DNA of 64,000 nucleotides from Trypanosoma brucei (Eukaryota): NCBI GenBank assembly GCA_000002445.1, contig CP000070.1, positions 1,600,001 to 1,664,000 of the forward strand, read 5' to 3'. Shown piece by piece: positions 36,301 to 49,400 of this stretch (position 1 is its first letter; each line of letters starts with the position of its first letter). The notes under the pieces were generated by a model. It saw only the letters and a program-made list of their open reading frames with translations, ran no database searches and was not told where the DNA came from. The position numbers and the translations under genes were made by a program.

Positions 36301-37142
36301 GGGAACGGAGAAAGTACATAAGCACCAGATGTACGCTCGTCCTCTAGAAATTTCAGTAGAGCCTTTTTACCGTCAACGATCGGTAATGCGAACAGTATAA
36401 CAGCCTGCGGATTCGTTGCCGCAAACTGATCCCACTCCCTTTGAAAATCCTTTTCATTGGCTGCCTTTGCTATCGAGCTTTTCAGAGCGAATGTGCCACA
36501 AAGCCCATAGCCCATCCTAGCCATCGCCTGAACCACAAGTTGGTACTCAGTGTCACCGAATGATACGCCTTTTAAATACATAAATCCCAGACGCCGTACA
36601 CGCAGATGGGCAAGGGCATAACGCAGGAGGGCTAATGTCTCAGCGAGTGGATCCACCGAGATAAAGTACAAGTTGGGCCGCCACCCTCTAACCGCACCAG
36701 AGCCTGTGAACGGAGCGAAACCGATAACCTCATTTTTCGTCAGTAAATCGAGTGACATCAGAACACTTGTGTCACCAACCGGTCCTAACACAACAAGAAT
36801 CTTCTTTAGGTCACTGAATTCTTTTAATTTTTGTTGTAACGCCATGATTGCCGACTCATTATTTGAAGAAAGGTGGGTAAGCCTCACAAACTCAGCTATA
36901 CTTCCCTCATTTCTGCGCGCAGCGAAGGAGGCATTAAGACCGGCATTTCCAGCTATAATCGTCTTAATAGAACTGTAACGATTATAAAGAAGGGAAAATA
37001 CCTCCACATTTATTTCTTCTTCAGCATTATCGCATAACACCATGGGTGCTTGCATAACCTGCAGTATCACCGCAAGCAGAAACAGTTGCACCACAGTGCC
37101 ACACGGGACGCCACGAGGTCCCCAAACTGCTCTGTGAGGCAT
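33333..37142 (-). CDS. GRESAG4: Receptor-type adenylate cyclase, GRESAG4 family (1269 aa), array copy 2; divergent N-terminal extracellular blocks and alternative C-terminal tail
   Basis: Same architecture as copy 1; catalytic domain identical. The extracellular region carries substituted blocks (…YNRYSSIKTIIAGNAGL…; …SYYINRFLHLVLQRFEGG…) and the C-terminal tail differs (…CRDTVHRIAAKVGHITDHKGKRTSMDL…). Confidence 0.92.
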   Translation of the reverse strand: MPHRAVWGPRGVPCGTVVQLFLLAVILQVMQAPMVLCDNAEEEINVEVFSLLYNRYSSIKTIIAGNAGLNASFAARRNEGSIAEFVRLTHLSSNNESAIMALQQKLKEFSDLKKILVVLGPVGDTSVLMSLDLLTKNEVIGFAPFTGSGAVRGWRPNLYFISVDPLAETLALLRYALAHLRVRRLGFMYLKGVSFGDTEYQLVVQAMARMGYGLCGTFALKSSIAKAANEKDFQREWDQFAATNPQAVILFALPIVDGKKALLKFLEDERTSGAYVLSPFPIQYFVVETFKKKYYEGFRNFDGQVITTGTNPLAKDNEYQAIQRFQKEMKAYLASHSGASLYGRSDRHLTDDDDGELMVYGWIIGEMLSRALSSREWLKNRSTFKKSLYNQRRYVIDDLVYGDYGGDCPDNVAALGASCQCNQGGKAVYMKRLVEGFRLESVKSGFMALGTSRCDTDGSRLHAPLAAVATFMDNSQLSLNAAEEWHGGASLLVGTGDLGDYDRFFLHRINTSSGTIWKRLKREEEEKLVTAVMGVTDEALLSTSTFVVVDPVLLVPRLRTPNKRVIYLSATLEQQLFVIAKYLGEKGSIGVHSVISSSESYYINRFLHLVLQRFEGGLNSSVRLTTSVSVTGYLPREGDVFVIGLKQDDVEVIAKHLSANPKLFVYVPFTEVALYYQTFVRVFRDKGPGSSSSNRLLFATNLPHWADANPSSDTVKKFHNAMKDKSKWTPLSLMGFAAGNLLRTVLPQLKKVDADTLSNLFFSETYLRADDMRYGPYGTEGCGKVEVGLWNDCVTNYGATGIAVWSMARALDPSVPPIAEPISQLLQYEDRDAGRLTGARLIGVCVGAVLFFLLLVVVIVVVLCRYFADARDNANAPKEPTDPVTLIFTDIESSTAQWAAHPEMMPDAVATHHRLIRALIMHYRCYEVKTVGDSFMIACRSPSAAVRLACDLQHNFLHHNWGTAALDESYREFELQRAEEEEGYTPPTAHLDREVYGRLWRGLRVRVGIHTGLCDIRYDEVTKGYDYYGRTANMAARTESVANGGQVLMTRATYMSLSVVEREQFDVTALGPVTLRGVPNPVEMYQLNPIPGRTFAALRLDRDGPGLDDEGSSPSLSEVSSLCAGLTDSARQVATSLNSLLGVFAPAQRQNLLLPLCERWRVSLLRKNSGWSEAYCRDTVHRIAAKVGHITDHKGKRTSMDLSTTSDSVCVLQPSLAGIANLRSPLLSRSNYPGDNGDLASVGIVASSDASEALSRRSTVEVTSLKGDL

Positions 37143-39889
37143 ACCACGCGAGCTTAAGCCGCAGACGCAGATACCTTAGTTAACAAGGGAGTAAAATAAA
37201 ATTGGGAGGAAAAACAATTAAAGGCTACTTTGTTCCACAGTGTTCGAGCAACAGCAATGCACACGAAAGCAAAAGGAAGGGAGGATAGCATGGCACCAGT
37301 ATGGAGTATGCCAAATGAAGAGATTCACGCCAACTTAGAGAATAGTAGGATATATGGCATGGTATAGTCGGAGTCAAGGGGAAAGCACAGCACGACACAG
37401 ACTCGACGCCACACGTCACTCAGCTTGCTAGCACCCTTACACGAAAAGGTCGCCTTACCTGCACCATCCGGTATAATGACTGGCACACCAAATGATGCTT
37501 TCAGTTTTACCGCGCCGTCTAAATCGCGTGGTGTGTGGCAGCATACCTCCAGACCTTCACCCTTCCTAATACGCTCACCTGCACTCCACCCATAGGAGAG
37601 GCGTGTACGGATAACCTCCAAGTCAGCTACAATGAATGTGTCTTGCCAGAGAAATCGCACCTATCCATATTGCCACGGCATTCACTCAGCCTATCCAACC
37701 ACTCTCTCTTAGGGCAATTTGCACAATAATACTTCTCGAGGCCCCGTGTAATATCGCGCGCTTGGTCGCCAGCCTAAGGTCGCGCTCTATTACAAGCCTG
37801 TGCCAAGTTATCAAGGGATATCAATCGAACCTCCTTCGGCACATCGCTCCTGTTAGTACCAGAGGGCACACACATACATTATGATATTGGCTCCTCGACT
37901 CAGTAGCTTCGCCATCGCATTTATGCCGGGTAGGCAGGTAGAGAACCACCGGTATTCTGTTCCGTAGCACATCTTTGCCTGCACCAGTCTGAGGAAGAAC
38001 GCCCGAAGCCGCTCCTTTCTCGCGCCCCACTGCAACGAGGATAACATGCGCGGCTTCAGCAGCCACAATCTGACAGCCGCCGCCTTACCTTCAACACGTT
38101 TCGGAGATGACCCCCACAGGTTACAAACTGAGGCCTGGTAGTTTCGGTCTCCTCATCTTCCTTACCTTCGTTTCAGACACTGTGAAACTCAGTGAGCCTC
38201 GCACCAACACATCGTACAATGTGTATCCTCTCTGTTCGTCTGCCGACCCGCGCGAAGCAGCCCTTCGACTGTCGACTAACGAGACCCCACCCATCATAAA
38301 GAATCCAACGAAACTGAGAGATATCCGCCTTCCAGCAAAGTATCGGCATATCCTCCGCAAAGCGGTAGTACTGGATGCCTGACATTCTATTCAAAGACTT
38401 GCTTGGTCGACCCGTTGTCATTATGAACAGAATAGGAACTAACACAGGACTATGTACTACACCACATGTTAGTCCAGCACTCCTAGGCCACTTGTTGGTT
38501 ACCCCAACACCGCCTGTTCGGTTGGACACAAACCTACTGATCTACCTTGTGACGTGCAACCTAACGGAATACCCTTCGACTGCGGGGGCGATGCGGCTAC
38601 CGCACACAAAGCCAATTACATGAGCATGATCTATGGACAATATTGCAATGCACAACAATATTTTTACTGCACTTTCGGCTCCAACCAGTTGTCTCCCGAA
38701 GTTCATCGCTGAAAGCTCTGGGTTGAACACAACATACCTCACCTATAACTTCTTATTCAATTAATCAAGAAGCCGTCCACTAATAACCCTCTTCATCTAC
38801 CCCGCACATCGCGCTCATCAATGATACCGGAATAACATCACGTCGACACGTGATTTGCTTGGCCCAAGAAAGGGTATGATAATGTTATGCTTCTTCGCTG
38901 CAGGCATTACTCAAAAAAGCTTCAGTAAACATCACGACCCATCACACTTTCACCGCTTTCGCTGCCCTCAGTATACTGCTCTCATCCACCACATATTCAC
39001 CTAGAGGCCCTCACACGGTGACCGTTGGCCCCGCTATCTAAACCGATTTGTGTGCCATATCCCTCATTCCTAGTGCCTTCACCATTGGTGTCTACATTAC
39101 TGGTGTTGTCAATCCCGTTAGATTCGTCTCCGCCTGTACCCACAGCCGTTGTCCCCCGATCGGTACTCAGCAACGGACTGCAAGCACTGAGGTTAGCAGA
39201 AACATCAAATACAATCTACCCACAATTACTATCCAACATATGACTGGCTTCACATCAGTGAAAACAGTGACAAACTATGATATCACATTGGGCGACTAAC
39301 AGAATCAGAGGGTGAAAACGAAATGAAGAAATCAATCGAAACATGGAAGTTAACACCTAAGCAGAGGAACTTAGAGCCTACAATAAACAGAGAATCCCAC
39401 AACACACACCCCAACAAACAGGCAAAACAGTAATGGGGCACACGGAAAAGAAACGAAGCAACCTGCACGATATTAGGTGACAACAATCCAATAAGCCAAC
39501 AGTGCTTCGGATCGTATACTGCCCACCCACACATACAAACACTCCTGGACTAACGAGAGGGAAAGGTAAGTGACCGGGAGCTGTTTGCCGGGCATGTGAC
39601 ATTAACGAAACGCACTGTTAGTCAGTAGTGTCGGTTTACAACAAGAGGGTAGCAGTATATCAATGATGAAAGAAAATATTAAGTAAAGTTCAGGGAGAAA
39701 TTCGTGTTAACTATCAATGCGTGAAACGCAACACGAAAATGAAAGCAAGCTACGCTGAGGTAACAATAATCTACATGGACATCAAAGAAAAAACATAAGT
39801 GTAAGATGGCACGCACCCGCACATGCATTGTAAGAAGTAACATCTTCCAAGTACATTGCCGCGAGCTGCCTCAGCAACATCAGGAGAGG

Positions 39890-42800
39890 CTAGAGGTCAC
39901 CCTTCATCGACGTAACCTCTACTGTGCTCCGTCGTGACAGGGCCTCAGACGCATCGGAGCTTGCTACAATACCAACCGACGCCAAATCACCGTTATCGCC
40001 AGGGTAATTGGATCTTGATAGCAAAGGCGAACGCAAATTTGCAATTCCAGCCAACGAAGGTTGGAGCACACACACACTGTCAGAAGTAGTTGACAAGTCC
40101 ATGGAGGTACGTTTCCCCTTATGGTCTGTTATGTGGCCAACTTTCGCCGCTATACGGTGAACCGTGTCCCGGCAGTAGGCCTCAGACCATCCGCTGTTCT
40201 TGCGCAACAATGACACACGCCACCGTTCGCACAGAGGTAACAGCAGATTCTGCCGCTGGGCTGGTGCGAACACACCGAGCAGCGAATCCAGAGATATGGC
40301 AACCTGCCTGGCAGAATCAGTTAACCCAGCACAAAGCGAACTCACCTCACTCAACGAGGGGCTCGAACACTCATCGTCCAATCCAGGGCCATCGCGGTCC
40401 AGCCTCAGTGCAGCAAAAGTGCGACCGGGAATTGGGTTCAGCTGGTACATCTCCACAGGATTGGGAACACCGCGTAACGTTACAGGGCCCAGTGCAGTTA
40501 CATCAAACTGCTCACGCTCTACCACACTCAGCGACATGTAGGTCGCACGTGTCATCAGCACTTGCCCGCCGTTCGCAACACTCTCTGTCCTTGCTGCCAT
40601 ATTCGCTGTCCGTCCATAGTAGTCATATCCCTTCGTCACCTCATCGTACCGGATGTCGCACAGTCCAGTGTGGATCCCAACACGCACACGCAGGCCACGC
40701 CATAGTCGGCCGTACACCTCACGGTCCAGATGTGCCGTCGGCGGAGTGTACCCTTCCTCTTCCTCGGCGCGCTGCAGTTCAAACTCACGGTATGACTCAT
40801 CCAACGCAGCTGTCCCCCAATTGTGGTGCAAAAAGTTATGCTGCAAGTCACAAGCTAGACGCACAGCCGCAGAGGGGCTCCGGCACGCAATCATGAAGGA
40901 GTCCCCGACAGTCTTCACCTCGTAGCACCTGTAGTGCATAATCAACGCACGAATTAGCCGATGATGTGTCGCTACAGCGTCCGGCATCATCTCTGGGTGC
41001 GCCGCCCACTGTGCAGTACTGCTTTCGATATCTGTGAAGATGAGCGTCACGGGATCCGTTGGTTCCTTCGGTGCATTTGCGTTATCACGCGCATCCGCAA
41101 AATACCGACACAATACGACAACGATCACCACTACTAGAAGCAAAAAAAACAAAACGGCGCCCACACAAACACCAATCAACCGTGCCCCCGTCAGTCTCCC
41201 AGCGTCACGGTCCTCATACTGCAGCAGTTGAGAGATTGGTTCGGCAATCGGTGGGACCGACGGATCCAGTGCACGTGCCATTGACCACACAGCAATACCT
41301 GTCGCACCGTAGTTTGTCACGCAGTCATTCCACAGACCCACCTCCACCTTGCCGCATCCCTCTGTGCCATACGGGCCGTAGCGCATGTCATCAGCTCGCA
41401 AATAAGTCTCCGAAAAAAAGAGATTCGACAGAGTATCTGCGTCCACCTTCTTTAATTGCGGGAGAACCGTCCGCAGCAAGTTTCCGGCAGCAAACCCCAT
41501 TAACGACAGTGGTGTCCACTTCGACTTATCCTTCATAGCATTGTGAAACTTTTTCACAGTATCCGACGACGGGTTCCCATCAGCCCAGTGTGGAAGGTTT
41601 GTCGCGAACAGCAAACGGTTACTACTCGAGCTTCCAGGACCCTTATCCCTAAACACACGGACAAACGTCTGGTAGTATAATGCCACCTCAGTAAAAGGGA
41701 CGTAAACGAATAGCTTGGGGTTGGCGCTGAGGTGCTTCGCAATCACCTCGACGTCGTCCTGTTTGAGGCCTATGACAAACACGTCACCCTCGCGGGGAAG
41801 ATAGCCTGTGACAGAGACTGTCGCATTCAGTATTACCAAAGACTGAGGTTCCTGATAAAACCGAACCAGCGACATATTAACCACCTTTTCAATTCTATTT
41901 GATTCGGAGCTGCTGATGACAGAGTGCACCCCTATTGAGCCCTTCTCTCCCAAATACTTGGCGATCACAAACAGTTGCTGCTCCAGTGTGGCAGAGAGGT
42001 ATATCACACGTTTGTTAGGTGTTCGGAGGCGAGGAACAAGAAGCACCGGATCAACAACAACGAAGGTCGATGTGCTCAGTAACGCTTCATCCGTAACGCC
42101 CATGACAGCGGTCACAAGCTTTTCCTCCTCCTCACGTTTTAAACGCTTCCAAATGGTGCCTGAGCTTGTGTTGATCCTGTGCAAGAAGAATCTATCGTAA
42201 TCTCCGAGATCCCCAGTGCCCACAAGGAGACTCGCACCTCCATGCCACTCCTCGGCCGCGTTCAGTGACAATTGACTGTTATCCATAAACGTGGCAACAG
42301 CTGCCAGCGGGGCATGAAGCCGGGACCCGTCCGTATCGCATCGAGATGTTCCCAACGCCATGAAACCACTCTTTACACTCTCCAGCCGAAAGCCCTCCAC
42401 GAGCCTTTTCATGTATACTGCCTTACCACCCTGGTTACATTGACACGAAGCACCTAGTGCAGCGACATTATCGGGGCAATCACCACCATAATCTCCATAC
42501 ACAAGATCATCAATTACGTAACGCCGTTGATTGTACAGAGACTTTTTGAACGTTGAACGGTTCTTCAGCCACTCACGGGAGCTCAGCGCCCGCGACAGCA
42601 TTTCACCGATAATCCACCCATACACCATCAGCTCACCATCATCATCATCATCCGTCAGATGACGATCAGACCTACCATAAAGTGATGCTCCGGAATGAGA
42701 AGCAAGGTACGCTTTCATCTCCTTCTGAAAACGTTGGATCGCTTGATACTCATTATCCTTGGCGAGTGGGTTCGTTCCCGTGGTGATCACTTCCCCATGA

Positions 42801-43702
42801 GAATATCCACCACCCCGACCATATGTAGCATTTAAGGTTTCGACAACAAAATACTGTAGCGCAAAGGGAGAAAGTATACACGCACCAGATGTACGCTTGT
42901 CCTCTAGAAATTTCAGTAGAGCCTTTTTACCGTCATCTACGGGATACACGTACAGTATAACAGCCTGCGGATTCGTTGCCGCAAACTGATCCCACTCCCT
43001 TTGAAAATCTTCGCTGCTTGCAGATGCTTCCGTCGAGCTTTTCAGAGCGAATGTGCCACAAAGCCCATAGCCCATCCTAGCCATCGCCTGAACCACAAGT
43101 TGGTACTCAGTGTCACCGAATGATACGCCTTTTAAATACATAAATCCCAGACGCCGTACACGCAGATGGGCAAGGGCATAACGCAGGAGGGCTAATGTCT
43201 CAGCGAGTGGATCCACCGAGATAAAGTACAAGTTGGGCCGCCACCCTCTAACCGCACCAGAGCCTGTGTACGGAGCGAAACCGATAACCTCATTTTTCGT
43301 CAGTAAATCGAGTGATTCCAAAACAGTTTTGTCACCAAGGGGTCCCAACACAACAAGAATCTTCTCAGCGTCACTGAATCCTTTTAATTTTTGTTCTAAT
43401 GCCTCATTGACATTTTGCTCGGAAGTGGCAGGCGCAGAGAAACTAACAGTCACTCCGGTTCCCGTTATATTCCCACGGGCGTGAAATGAAGCAAGCACAC
43501 CAGTATTAAGAGCCTTTACGGTGCCGTTGGATACAACACTTTCAGGCGGGGGCGAAAACACCTCCACAGTTACACTCCCCCTCCAATTCCACGACAATAC
43601 CATGGGTGCTTGCATAACCTGCAGTATCACCGCAAGCAGAAACAGTTGCACCACAGTGCCACACGGGACGCCACGAGGTCCCCAAACTGCTCTGTGAGGC
43701 AT
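39890..43702 (-). CDS. GRESAG4: Receptor-type adenylate cyclase, GRESAG4 family (1270 aa), array copy 3
   Basis: Same architecture. N-terminal block variant (VLSWNWRGSVTVEV), a D5 rather than D4 acidic run, and the copy-2-type C-terminal tail. Confidence 0.92.
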   Translation of the reverse strand: MPHRAVWGPRGVPCGTVVQLFLLAVILQVMQAPMVLSWNWRGSVTVEVFSPPPESVVSNGTVKALNTGVLASFHARGNITGTGVTVSFSAPATSEQNVNEALEQKLKGFSDAEKILVVLGPLGDKTVLESLDLLTKNEVIGFAPYTGSGAVRGWRPNLYFISVDPLAETLALLRYALAHLRVRRLGFMYLKGVSFGDTEYQLVVQAMARMGYGLCGTFALKSSTEASASSEDFQREWDQFAATNPQAVILYVYPVDDGKKALLKFLEDKRTSGACILSPFALQYFVVETLNATYGRGGGYSHGEVITTGTNPLAKDNEYQAIQRFQKEMKAYLASHSGASLYGRSDRHLTDDDDDGELMVYGWIIGEMLSRALSSREWLKNRSTFKKSLYNQRRYVIDDLVYGDYGGDCPDNVAALGASCQCNQGGKAVYMKRLVEGFRLESVKSGFMALGTSRCDTDGSRLHAPLAAVATFMDNSQLSLNAAEEWHGGASLLVGTGDLGDYDRFFLHRINTSSGTIWKRLKREEEEKLVTAVMGVTDEALLSTSTFVVVDPVLLVPRLRTPNKRVIYLSATLEQQLFVIAKYLGEKGSIGVHSVISSSESNRIEKVVNMSLVRFYQEPQSLVILNATVSVTGYLPREGDVFVIGLKQDDVEVIAKHLSANPKLFVYVPFTEVALYYQTFVRVFRDKGPGSSSSNRLLFATNLPHWADGNPSSDTVKKFHNAMKDKSKWTPLSLMGFAAGNLLRTVLPQLKKVDADTLSNLFFSETYLRADDMRYGPYGTEGCGKVEVGLWNDCVTNYGATGIAVWSMARALDPSVPPIAEPISQLLQYEDRDAGRLTGARLIGVCVGAVLFFLLLVVVIVVVLCRYFADARDNANAPKEPTDPVTLIFTDIESSTAQWAAHPEMMPDAVATHHRLIRALIMHYRCYEVKTVGDSFMIACRSPSAAVRLACDLQHNFLHHNWGTAALDESYREFELQRAEEEEGYTPPTAHLDREVYGRLWRGLRVRVGIHTGLCDIRYDEVTKGYDYYGRTANMAARTESVANGGQVLMTRATYMSLSVVEREQFDVTALGPVTLRGVPNPVEMYQLNPIPGRTFAALRLDRDGPGLDDECSSPSLSEVSSLCAGLTDSARQVAISLDSLLGVFAPAQRQNLLLPLCERWRVSLLRKNSGWSEAYCRDTVHRIAAKVGHITDHKGKRTSMDLSTTSDSVCVLQPSLAGIANLRSPLLSRSNYPGDNGDLASVGIVASSDASEALSRRSTVEVTSMKGDL

Positions 43703-46447
43703 ACCACGCGAGCTTAAGCCGCAGACGCAGATACCTTAGTTAACAAGGGAGTAAAATAAAATTGGGAGGAAAAACAATTAAAGGCTACCTGTTCCACAGT
43801 GTTCGAGCAACAGCAATGCACACGAAAGCAAAAGGAAGGGAGGATAGCATGGCACCAGTATGGAGTATGCCAAATGAAGAGATACACGCCAACTTAGAGA
43901 ATAGTAGGATATATGGCATGGTATAGTCGGAGTCAAGGGGAAAGCACAGCACGACACAGACTCGACGCCACACGTCACTCAGCTTGCTAGCACCCTTACA
44001 CGAAAAGGTCGCCTTACCTGCACCATCCGGTATAATGACTGGCACACCAAATGATGCTTTCAGTTTTACCGCGCCGTCTAAATCGCGTGGTGTGTGGCAG
44101 CATACCTCCAGACCTTCACCCTTCCTAATACGCTCACCTGCACTCCACCCATAGGAGAGGCGTGTACGGATAACCTCCAAGTCAGCTACAATGGATGTAT
44201 CTTGCCAGAGAAATCGCACCTATCCATATTGCCACGGTATTCACTCAGCCTATCCAACCACTCTCTCTTAGGGCAATTTGCACAATAATACTTCTCGAGG
44301 CCCCGCGTAATATCGCGCGCTTGGTCGCCAGCCTAAGGTCGCGCTCTATTACAAGCCTGTGCCAAGTTATCAAGGGATATCAATCGAACCTCCTTCGGCA
44401 CATCGCTCCTGTTAGTACCAGAGGGCACACACATACATTATGATATTGGCTCCTCGACTCAGTAGCTTCGCCATCGTATTTATGCCGGGTAGGCAGGTAG
44501 AGAACCACCGGTATTCTGTTCCGTAGCACATCTTTGCCTGCACCAGTCTGAGGAAGAACGCCCGAAGCCGCTCCTTTCTCGCGCCCCACTGCAACGAGGA
44601 TAACATGCGCGGCTTCAGCAGCCACAATCTGACAGCCGCCGCCTTACCTTCAACACGTTTCGGAGATGACCCCCACAGGTTACAAACTGAGGCCTGGTAG
44701 TTTCGGTCTCCTCATCTTCCTTACCTTCGTTTCAGACACTGTGAAACTCAGTGAGCCTCGCACCAACACATCGTACAATGTGTATCCTCTCTGTTCGTCT
44801 GCCGACCCGCGCGAAGCAGCCCTTCGACTGTCGACTAACGAGACCCCACCCATCATAAAGAATCCAACGAAACTGAGAGATATCCGCCTTCCAGCAAAGT
44901 ATCGGCATATCCTCCGCAAAGCGGTAGTACTGGATGCCTGACATTCTATTCAAAGACTTGCTTGGTCGACCCGTTGTCATTATGAACAGAATAGGAACTA
45001 ACACAGGACTATGTACTACACCACATGTTAGTCCAGCACTCCTAGGCCACTTGTTGGTTACCCCAACACCGCCTGTTCGGTTGGACACAAACCTACTGAT
45101 CTACCTTGTGACGTGCAACCTAACGGAATACCCTTCGACTGCGGGGGCGATGCGGCTACCGCACACAAAGCCAATTACATGAGCATGATCTATGGACAAT
45201 ATTGCAATGCACAACAATATTTTTACTGCACTTTCGGCTCCAACCAGTTGTCTCCCGAAGTTCATCGCTGAAAGCTCTGGGTTGAACACAACATACCTCA
45301 CCTATAACTTCTTATTCAATTAATCAAGAAGCCGTCCACTAATAACCCTCTTCATCTACCCCGCACATCGCGCTCATCAATGATACCGGAATAACATCAC
45401 GTCGACACGTGATTTGCTTGGCCCAAGAAAGGGTATGATAATGTTATGCTTCTTCGCTGCAGGCATTACTCAAAAAAGCTTCAGTAAACATCACGACCCA
45501 TCACACTTTCACCGCTTTCGCTGCCCTCAGTATACTGCTCTCATCCACCACATATTCACCTAGAGGCCCTCACACGGTGACCGTTGGCCCCGCTATCTAA
45601 ACCGATTTGTGTGCCATATCCCTCATTCCTAGTGCCTTCACCATTGGTGTCTACATTACTGGTGTTGTCAATCCCGTTAGATTCGTCTCCGCCTGTACCC
45701 ACAGCCGTTGTCCCCCGATCGGTACTCAGCAACGGACTGCAAGCACTGAGGTTAGCAGAAACATCAAATACAATCTACCCACAATTACTATCCAACATAT
45801 GACTGGCTTCACATCAGTGAAAACAGTGACAAACTATGATATCACATTGGGCGACTAACAGAATCAGAGGGTGAAAACGAAATGAAGAAATCAATCGAAA
45901 CATGGAAGTTAACACCTAAGCAGAGGAACTTAGAGCCTACAATAAACAGAGAATCCCACAACACACACCCCAACAAACAGGCAAAACAGTAATGGGGCAC
46001 ACGGAAAAGAAACGAAGCAACCTGCACGATATTAGGTGACAACAATCCAATAAGCCAACAGTGCTTCGGATCGTATACTGCCCACCCACACATACAAACA
46101 CTCCTGGACTAACGAGAGGGAAAGGTAAGTGACCGGGAGCTGTTTGCCGGACATGCAAAGATAGTTTAAAAGACGCAGGTAAGTGGCATCGGCTTACAAC
46201 AAGAGGGTAGCAGTATATCAATGATGAAAGAAAATATTAAGCAAAGTTCACGCGGACGCTCGTGTTAACTATCAATGCGTGAAACGCAACACGAAAATGA
46301 AAGCAAGCTACGCTGAGGTAACAATAATCTACATGGACATCAAAGAAAAAACATAAGTGTAAGATGGCACGCACCCGCACATGCATTGTAAGAAGTAACA
46401 TCTTCCAAGTACATTGCCGCGAGCTGCCTCAGCAACATCAGGAGAGG

Positions 46448-49400
46448 CTAGAGGTCACCCTTCAGCACCGTAGCCTCTACTGTGCTCCGCCGTGACAGGG
46501 CCTCAGACGCATCGGAGCTTGCTACAATACCAACCGACGTCAAATCACCGTTATCGCCAGGATGGCTGGATCTTGATAGCAAAGGCGAACGCAAAACTTC
46601 AATACCAAGCAACGAAGGTTGGACCCCACCCATTAAAATAGTCGAAGAATTAAGGGAGTTATGTCCCACACGAAAGTCCGCCACGCGCCCAACCCTTACC
46701 GCTATACGGTAAACCACTTCCCGGCAGTAGGCCTCAGACCATCCGCTGTTCTTGCGCAACAATGACACACGCCACCGTTCGCACAGAGGTAACAGCAGAT
46801 TCTGCCGCTGGGCTGGTGCGAACACACCGAGCAGCGAATTCAGAGATATGGCAACCTGCCTGGCAGAATCAGTTAACCCAGCACAAAGCGAACTCACCTC
46901 ACTCAACGAGGGGCTCGAACCCTCATCGTCCAATCCAGGGCCATCGCGGTCCAGCCTCAGTGCAGCAAAAGTGCGACCGGGAATTGGGTTCAGCTGGTAC
47001 ATCTCCACAGGATTGGGAACACCGCGTAACGTTACAGGGCCCAGTGCAGTTACATCAAACTGCTCACGCTCTACCACACTCAGCGACATGTAGGTCGCAC
47101 GTGTCATCAGCACTTGCCCGCCGTTCGCAACACTCTCTGTCCTTGCTGCCATATTCGCTGTCCGTCCATAGTAGTCATATCCCTTCGTCACCTCATCGTA
47201 CCGGATGTCGCACAGTCCAGTGTGGATCCCAACACGCACACGCAGGCCACGCCATAGTCGGCCGTACACCTCACGGTCCAGATGTGCCGTCGGCGGAGTG
47301 TACCCTTCCTCTTCCTCGGCGCGCTGCAGTTCAAACTCACGGTATGACTCATCCAACGCAGCTGTCCCCCAATTGTGGTGCAAAAAGTTATGCTGCAAGT
47401 CACAAGCTAGACGCACAGCCGCAGAGGGGCTCCGGCACGCAATCATGAAGGAGTCCCCGACAGTCTTCACCTCGTAGCACCTGTAGTGCATAATCAACGC
47501 ACGAATTAGCCGATGATGTGTCGCTACAGCGTCCGGCATCATCTCTGGGTGCGCCGCCCACTGTGCAGTACTGCTTTCGATATCTGTGAAGATGAGCGTC
47601 ACGGGATCCGTTGGTTCCTTCGGTGCATTTGCGTTATCACGCGCATCCGCAAAATACCGACACAATACGACAACGATCACCACTACTAGAAGCAAAAAAA
47701 ACAAAACGGCGCCCACACAAACACCAATCAACCGTGCCCCCGTCAGTCTCCCAGCGTCACGGTCCTCATACTGCAGCAGTTGAGAGATTGGTTCGGCAAT
47801 CGGTGGGACCGACGGATCCAGTGCACGTGCCATTGACCACACAGCAATACCTGTCGCACCGTAGTTTGTCACGCAGTCATTCCACAGACCCACCTCCACC
47901 TTGCCGCATCCCTCTGTGCCATACGGGCCGTAGCGCATGTCATCAGCTCGCAAATAAGTCTCCGAAAAAAAGAGATTCGACAGAGTATCTGCGTCCACCT
48001 TCTTTAATTGCGGGAGAACCGTCCGCAGCAAGTTTCCGGCAGCAAACCCCATTAACGACAGTGGTGTCCACTTCGACTTATCCTTCATAGCATTGTGAAA
48101 CTTTTTCACAGTATCCGACGACGGGTTCGCATCAGCCCAGTGTGGAAGGTTTGTCGCGAACAGCAAACGGTTACTACTCGAGCTTCCAGGACCCTTATCC
48201 CTAAACACACGGACAAACGTCTGGTAGTATAATGCCACCTCAGTAAAAGGGACGTAAACGAATAGCTTGGGGTTGGCGCTGAGGTGCTTCGCAATCACCT
48301 CGACGTCGTCCTGTTTGAGGCCTATGACAAACACGTCACCCTCGCGGGGAAGATAGCCTGTGACAGAGACGCTGGTTGTCAGTCTCACAGAACTATTGAG
48401 ACCTCCTTCAAACCGCTGCAACACCAAATGTAAAAATCGATTAATATAATATGACTCGGAGCTGCTGATGACAGAGTGCACCCCTATTGAGCCCTTCTCT
48501 CCCAAATACTTGGCGATCACAAACAGTTGCTGCTCCAGTGTGGCAGAGAGGTATATCACACGTTTGTTAGGTGTTCGGAGGCGAGGAACAAGAAGCACCG
48601 GATCAACAACAACGAAGGTCGATGTGCTCAGTAACGCTTCATCCGTAACGCCCATGACAGCGGTCACAAGCTTTTCCTCCTCCTCACGTTTTAAACGCTT
48701 CCAAATGGTGCCTGAGCTTGTGTTGATCCTGTGCAAGAAGAATCTATCGTAATCTCCGAGATCCCCAGTGCCCACAAGGAGACTCGCACCTCCATGCCAC
48801 TCCTCGGCCGCGTTCAGTGACAATTGACTGTTATCCATAAACGTGGCAACAGCTGCCAGCGGGGCATGAAGCCGGGACCCGTCCGTATCGCATCGAGATG
48901 TTCCCAACGCCATGAAACCACTCTTTACACTCTCCAGCCGAAAGCCCTCCACGAGCCTTTTCATGTATACTGCCTTACCACCCTGGTTACATTGACACGA
49001 AGCACCTAGTGCAGCGACATTATCGGGGCAATCACCACCATAATCTCCATACACAAGATCATCAATTACGTAACGCCGTTGATTGTACAGAGACTTTTTG
49101 AACGTTGAACGGTTCTTCAGCCACTCACGGGAGCTCAGCGCCCGCGACAGCATTTCACCGATAATCCACCCATACACCATCAGCTCACCATCATCATCAT
49201 CCGTCAGATGACGATCAGACCTACCATAAAGTGATGCTCCGGAATGAGAAGCAAGGTACGCTTTCATCTCCTTCTGAAAGCGTTGGATCGCTTGATACTC
49301 ATTATCCTTGGCGAGTGGGTTCGTTCCCGTGGTGATCACTTCCCCATGAGAATATCCACCACCCCGACCATATGTAGCATTTAAGGTTTCGACAACAAAA

